A stretch of DNA of 63,509 bases, the filler included. It is 9 parts of 9 records of this genome, joined end to end, with 100 filler letters (N's around TTAATTAATTAA, not from the genome) between each part and the next. Parts side by side here need not be neighbours in the genome. Positions count along the whole stretch, not along the records: positions 58,278 to 63,509 come from DRR723986_26383; 8 more parts are not named here. One strand, 5' to 3'. The translations under genes were made by a program, and so were the position numbers. The stretch's first letter is position 1. Each line of letters begins with the position of its first letter. The notes beneath the pieces are model-generated. The model searched no databases and was not told where the DNA came from. It saw only the letters and a program-made list of their open reading frames with translations. Shown here one piece after another: positions 60,781-63,509 of the stretch.

Positions 60781-61750
60781 GTCTGTCGAGGGTCTTTCCG
60801 CTAACCGTAAGACTGTTCATGTAGCGGTGGGCGTGATCGTTCGCGATGGTCGTGTCCTGATTGCAAGGCGCCCGGACACAGCCCATCAGGGCGGTTTGCT
60901 GGAGTTTCCGGGTGGTAAGGTCGAGCCCGGAGAAACCGTCCAGCAGGCACTGTGTCGGGAAATCGCCGAAGAGACCGGGCTGGTTCTGACTGAGGACAGC
61001 CTGGAGCCGGTGATTGGCATACGTCACGACTACGGCGACAAGTGTGTGTTTCTTGATGTCTGGTCAAGCCACTCGGCTCAGGGCGAGCCAGAGGGTAAAG
61101 AAGGTCAGCCGGTCAGCTGGCTGGCTCCTGAGGCGCTCAAGGACGAAGAGTTTCCTGCCGCTAACCGGCCCATCATCAGGGCGCTGCGATTGCCCCATCG
61201 GCTGGCGGTTACCGGAACAATTGAGGATGCGCCGGCAGGCCTGGCCAGACTCGGTGCCGCTCTCGACCGGGGGCAGCCGGATTCACTGGTGGTGCTTCGC
61301 GCTCCGACCCTCTCAGGGGCTGCGTACCTTGAGCTGGCCGCAGCGGCTCTGGGCGGGTGCCGGGAAAGGGGCGTCGGGTTGATTCTGCATGGGGCAGCAG
61401 ACCTGTGTCGGGCCGTTCCAGATGTCCAGGGCGTTCACCTGCCCTGGCGCGAGGCGCAGCAGTATTCAGAACGCCCTTTCAGCGACGATTACTGGTTGGG
61501 TGTGTCCTGCCATAGTGCTGAGCAATTGCGCCATGCAGAGCGCCTGGGGGCGGATTACGTGGTCCTGGGAAATGTACTGGAGACGCCCAGCCATCCGGGG
61601 CAGCCCGGAATCGGGTGGGCTGCTTTTCAGGCGTTGGCCGCAACGGCAAATGTGCCGGTTTACGGTATCGGAGGTCTCGGACCTGAGCACCAGTCCCGGG
61701 CCCGCGCGCTTGGTGGCCAGGGCGTGGCTGGTATCGGTTTCTGGTGGTAG
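60761..61750 (+). CDS. mutT: Nudix hydrolase MutT fused to a thiamine-phosphate-synthase-like domain
   Basis: Nudix box EFPGGKVEPGETVQQALCREIAEETG, and a C-terminal region with GVSCH, GADYV, TPSHP and PVYGIGG. Confidence 0.88.
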   Translation: MPNTVPESVEGLSANRKTVHVAVGVIVRDGRVLIARRPDTAHQGGLLEFPGGKVEPGETVQQALCREIAEETGLVLTEDSLEPVIGIRHDYGDKCVFLDVWSSHSAQGEPEGKEGQPVSWLAPEALKDEEFPAANRPIIRALRLPHRLAVTGTIEDAPAGLARLGAALDRGQPDSLVVLRAPTLSGAAYLELAAAALGGCRERGVGLILHGAADLCRAVPDVQGVHLPWREAQQYSERPFSDDYWLGVSCHSAEQLRHAERLGADYVVLGNVLETPSHPGQPGIGWAAFQALAATANVPVYGIGGLGPEHQSRARALGGQGVAGIGFWW

Positions 61751-61837
61751 GCATCTGTGGCCCGGGGCGATTACGGATTTCAACCAGGCCCGGGCCATGC
61801 CAAAGTAACCTCTTCAACAGATCAATCGGAGTTTTCT

Positions 61838-62320
61838 GTGACAAAACTGACCCATCTGGATGACAAGGGTGAAGCCCGAATGGTGGATGTCACCGACAAA
61901 GCGGTGACGGAACGTGAGGCCAGAGCCGAAGCCTGTGTCCGGATGGCTCCGGAAACCCTGAGAATGATCCTGGAAGGTGAGCACCCCAAGGGGGATGTGC
62001 TGGCGACGGCCAGAATAGCAGGCATCATGGCTGCGAAACGAACCCACGACCTGATTCCCCTGTGCCATGCGCTTAACCTGACCTCCGTGAAAGTCGAACT
62101 GAGGGCTGGCAATGATGGCGCCTCCGTGGCGATCGAGACCCGGTGCAAACTGGCCGGTCAGACCGGTGTTGAAATGGAAGCGCTGACGGCCGCGAGTGTG
62201 GCCGCCCTGACCATTTACGATATGTGTAAGGCGGTCGACAAAGGTATGGTGATCGATAATCTGCGTCTGCTTGAAAAGAAAGGCGGCCGCTCCGGCCACT
62301 GGCAGGCCCGGGAGCAATGA
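61838..62320 (+). CDS. moaC: Cyclic pyranopterin monophosphate synthase
   Basis: Motifs [31 protein letters not shown] and [12 protein letters not shown] start after GGAG. Confidence 0.95.
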   Translation: MTKLTHLDDKGEARMVDVTDKAVTEREARAEACVRMAPETLRMILEGEHPKGDVLATARIAGIMAAKRTHDLIPLCHALNLTSVKVELRAGNDGASVAIETRCKLAGQTGVEMEALTAASVAALTIYDMCKAVDKGMVIDNLRLLEKKGGRSGHWQAREQ

Positions 62321-62452
62321 TCTGAAGCCTGGCGGCGACCGTAACCTTTCGGGTACTGCATAATCCGGAGGGGAACTGTGTCGACACTACGCCAGGCAAG
62401 CAGCCGCATGATAGAATGCCCGCCCAATTTGTCCGAACCACGAGGAAACACA

Positions 62453-63064
62453 GTGGCTGTTCGTTACATTGAAACCTGCCGTTTGCCCACCCCCTTTGGT
62501 GTGTTTGATATGCACGGCTTTGAGGAGCCGGACACCGGGAAGGAGCATGTGGCGCTGACGTTGGGGGACATTGATAGGGCAGAACCACTGCTGGCACGAA
62601 CCCACTCAGAGTGTCTGACGGGCGATGCCCTGTACAGCATGCGTTGTGACTGTGGTTATCAGCTGGAAGAAGCGTTGCGCAGTATCGCCCGGGAGGGTCG
62701 GGGTATTCTGATGTACTTGCGTCAGGAAGGCCGCGGTATCGGATTGCTGAACAAGATCCGGGCCTACCGTCTGCAGGACCAGGGCGCCGACACCGTGGAA
62801 GCGAATGAGCGTCTGGGCTTTGGCGCAGATCTCCGGGATTACAGCATGTGCAAGGACATGCTTGAGCACCTGGGCATCAAAAGCCTGCGATTGATGACCA
62901 ACAATCCGCGCAAGGTGAAGGCGCTGGAATCCTACGGCATCAACATTGCCGAGCGCGTGCCTCTGCATGTGGGCCGCAATCCGCACAACGAGCACTACCT
63001 GAATACCAAGCAGAGCAAACTGGGCCACTGGCTGGAAACCCACCAGGATGACGACCCGGTCTGA
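62453..63064 (+). CDS. ribA: GTP cyclohydrolase II
   Basis: Motifs [27 protein letters not shown] and [11 protein letters not shown] start after GAGG. Confidence 0.95.
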   Translation: MAVRYIETCRLPTPFGVFDMHGFEEPDTGKEHVALTLGDIDRAEPLLARTHSECLTGDALYSMRCDCGYQLEEALRSIAREGRGILMYLRQEGRGIGLLNKIRAYRLQDQGADTVEANERLGFGADLRDYSMCKDMLEHLGIKSLRLMTNNPRKVKALESYGINIAERVPLHVGRNPHNEHYLNTKQSKLGHWLETHQDDDPV

Positions 63065-63107
63065 TCGACCTCTGGCGGATCAGTTGTGATCCGCCTTCGT
63101 TCCCGAG

Positions 63108-63509
63108 TTATTTAGCCGCCACCACTGTTGGGTATCCGAGCTGCTCCATTCGCGTGGCAATGCTGCGAAGAATGCCTTCGGCATCCAGCCCACAGTCCCG
63201 CAGTAATTCCTTATGCTGACCGTGTTCAACGAACGCATCCGGCAGTCCCAGTTGTAATACCGGCATGGAAACCTGGCGGGCATTCAGGAATTCCGTCACC
63301 GCGCTGCCGGCGCCACCGGCAATAACATTTTCTTCCAGGGTGACCAGCAGGTCGTGGGTTTCCGCCAGTTCCAGTACCAGGGCCTCATCCAGAGGCTTGA
63401 CGAAGCGCATGTCGGCGACCGTGGCGCCCAAGGCTTCTGCTGCCTCCAGTCCCGGCGCCAACAGAGTGCCGAAATTAAGGATGGCAATACCGCTCCCGTC
63501 GCGTACGCG
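63108..63509 (-). CDS. dxs: 1-deoxy-D-xylulose-5-phosphate synthase, C-terminal part
   Basis: Motifs [31 protein letters not shown] and GLDAEGI. Confidence 0.92.
   Translation of the reverse strand, partial: RVRDGSGIAILNFGTLLAPGLEAAEALGATVADMRFVKPLDEALVLELAETHDLLVTLEENVIAGGAGSAVTEFLNARQVSMPVLQLGLPDAFVEHGQHKELLRDCGLDAEGILRSIATRMEQLGYPTVVAAK

Noticed and set aside
60761-61750. MutT-ThiE-like fusion overlapping argJ by 20 nt
   Set aside because: The fusion and the secA-argJ-mutT order are a familiar gammaproteobacterial arrangement.

Overview
This window is not one locus. It is nine unrelated contigs joined by identical 100-bp artificial spacers (N44-TTAATTAATTAA-N44), which points to a marine metagenome or algal-culture assembly. 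Taxonomic labels below are inferred from gene content and composition. (1) 1-13088, Rhodobacteraceae-like catabolic region: TRAP transporter, amidase, LysR, a TPP-enzyme remnant, and a PotABCD-like ABC operon with an atypical M24-fold hydrolase and flavin reductase, divergent from a GntR. (2) 13189-20043, Rhodobacteraceae glycosyltransferase/phosphatase/nucleotide-sugar dehydrogenase operon. (3) 20144-26599, Marinobacter-like: TetR, Baeyer-Villiger monooxygenase, desaturase, rluF, MarC, ChaC. (4) 26700-32986, unassigned bacterium: FG-GAP protein, candidate sRNA, DUF4197, a MarR regulon with three operators, a membrane protein and a long ORF-poor tract. (5) 33087-38728, very GC-rich and probably eukaryotic: a >5.5-kb exon of a giant repeat protein with a Golvesin/xanthan-lyase CBD-like domain, preceded by a (CA)n intron end. 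(6) 38829-44290, Rhodobacteraceae: leuB, VOC, glpD, glpK, M56 peptidase. (7) 44391-51025, Bacteroidota: T9SS HYR/SprB adhesin, PorP/SprF, kdsB, pseudouridine synthase. (8) 51126-58177, Bacteroidota: argS, arginase, aminotransferase, speA. (9) 58278-63509, Marinobacter-like: secA, argJ, mutT-thiE fusion, moaC, ribA, dxs. The most interesting signal is in contig 8. A frameshifted GxxExxY PD-(D/E)XK nuclease gene is bracketed by TTAA-terminated inverted repeats built of four short units and sits between arginase and argS. A gene-less element of the same architecture lies 1.1 kb away, suggesting a candidate nuclease-associated REPIN/MITE-like mobile system.
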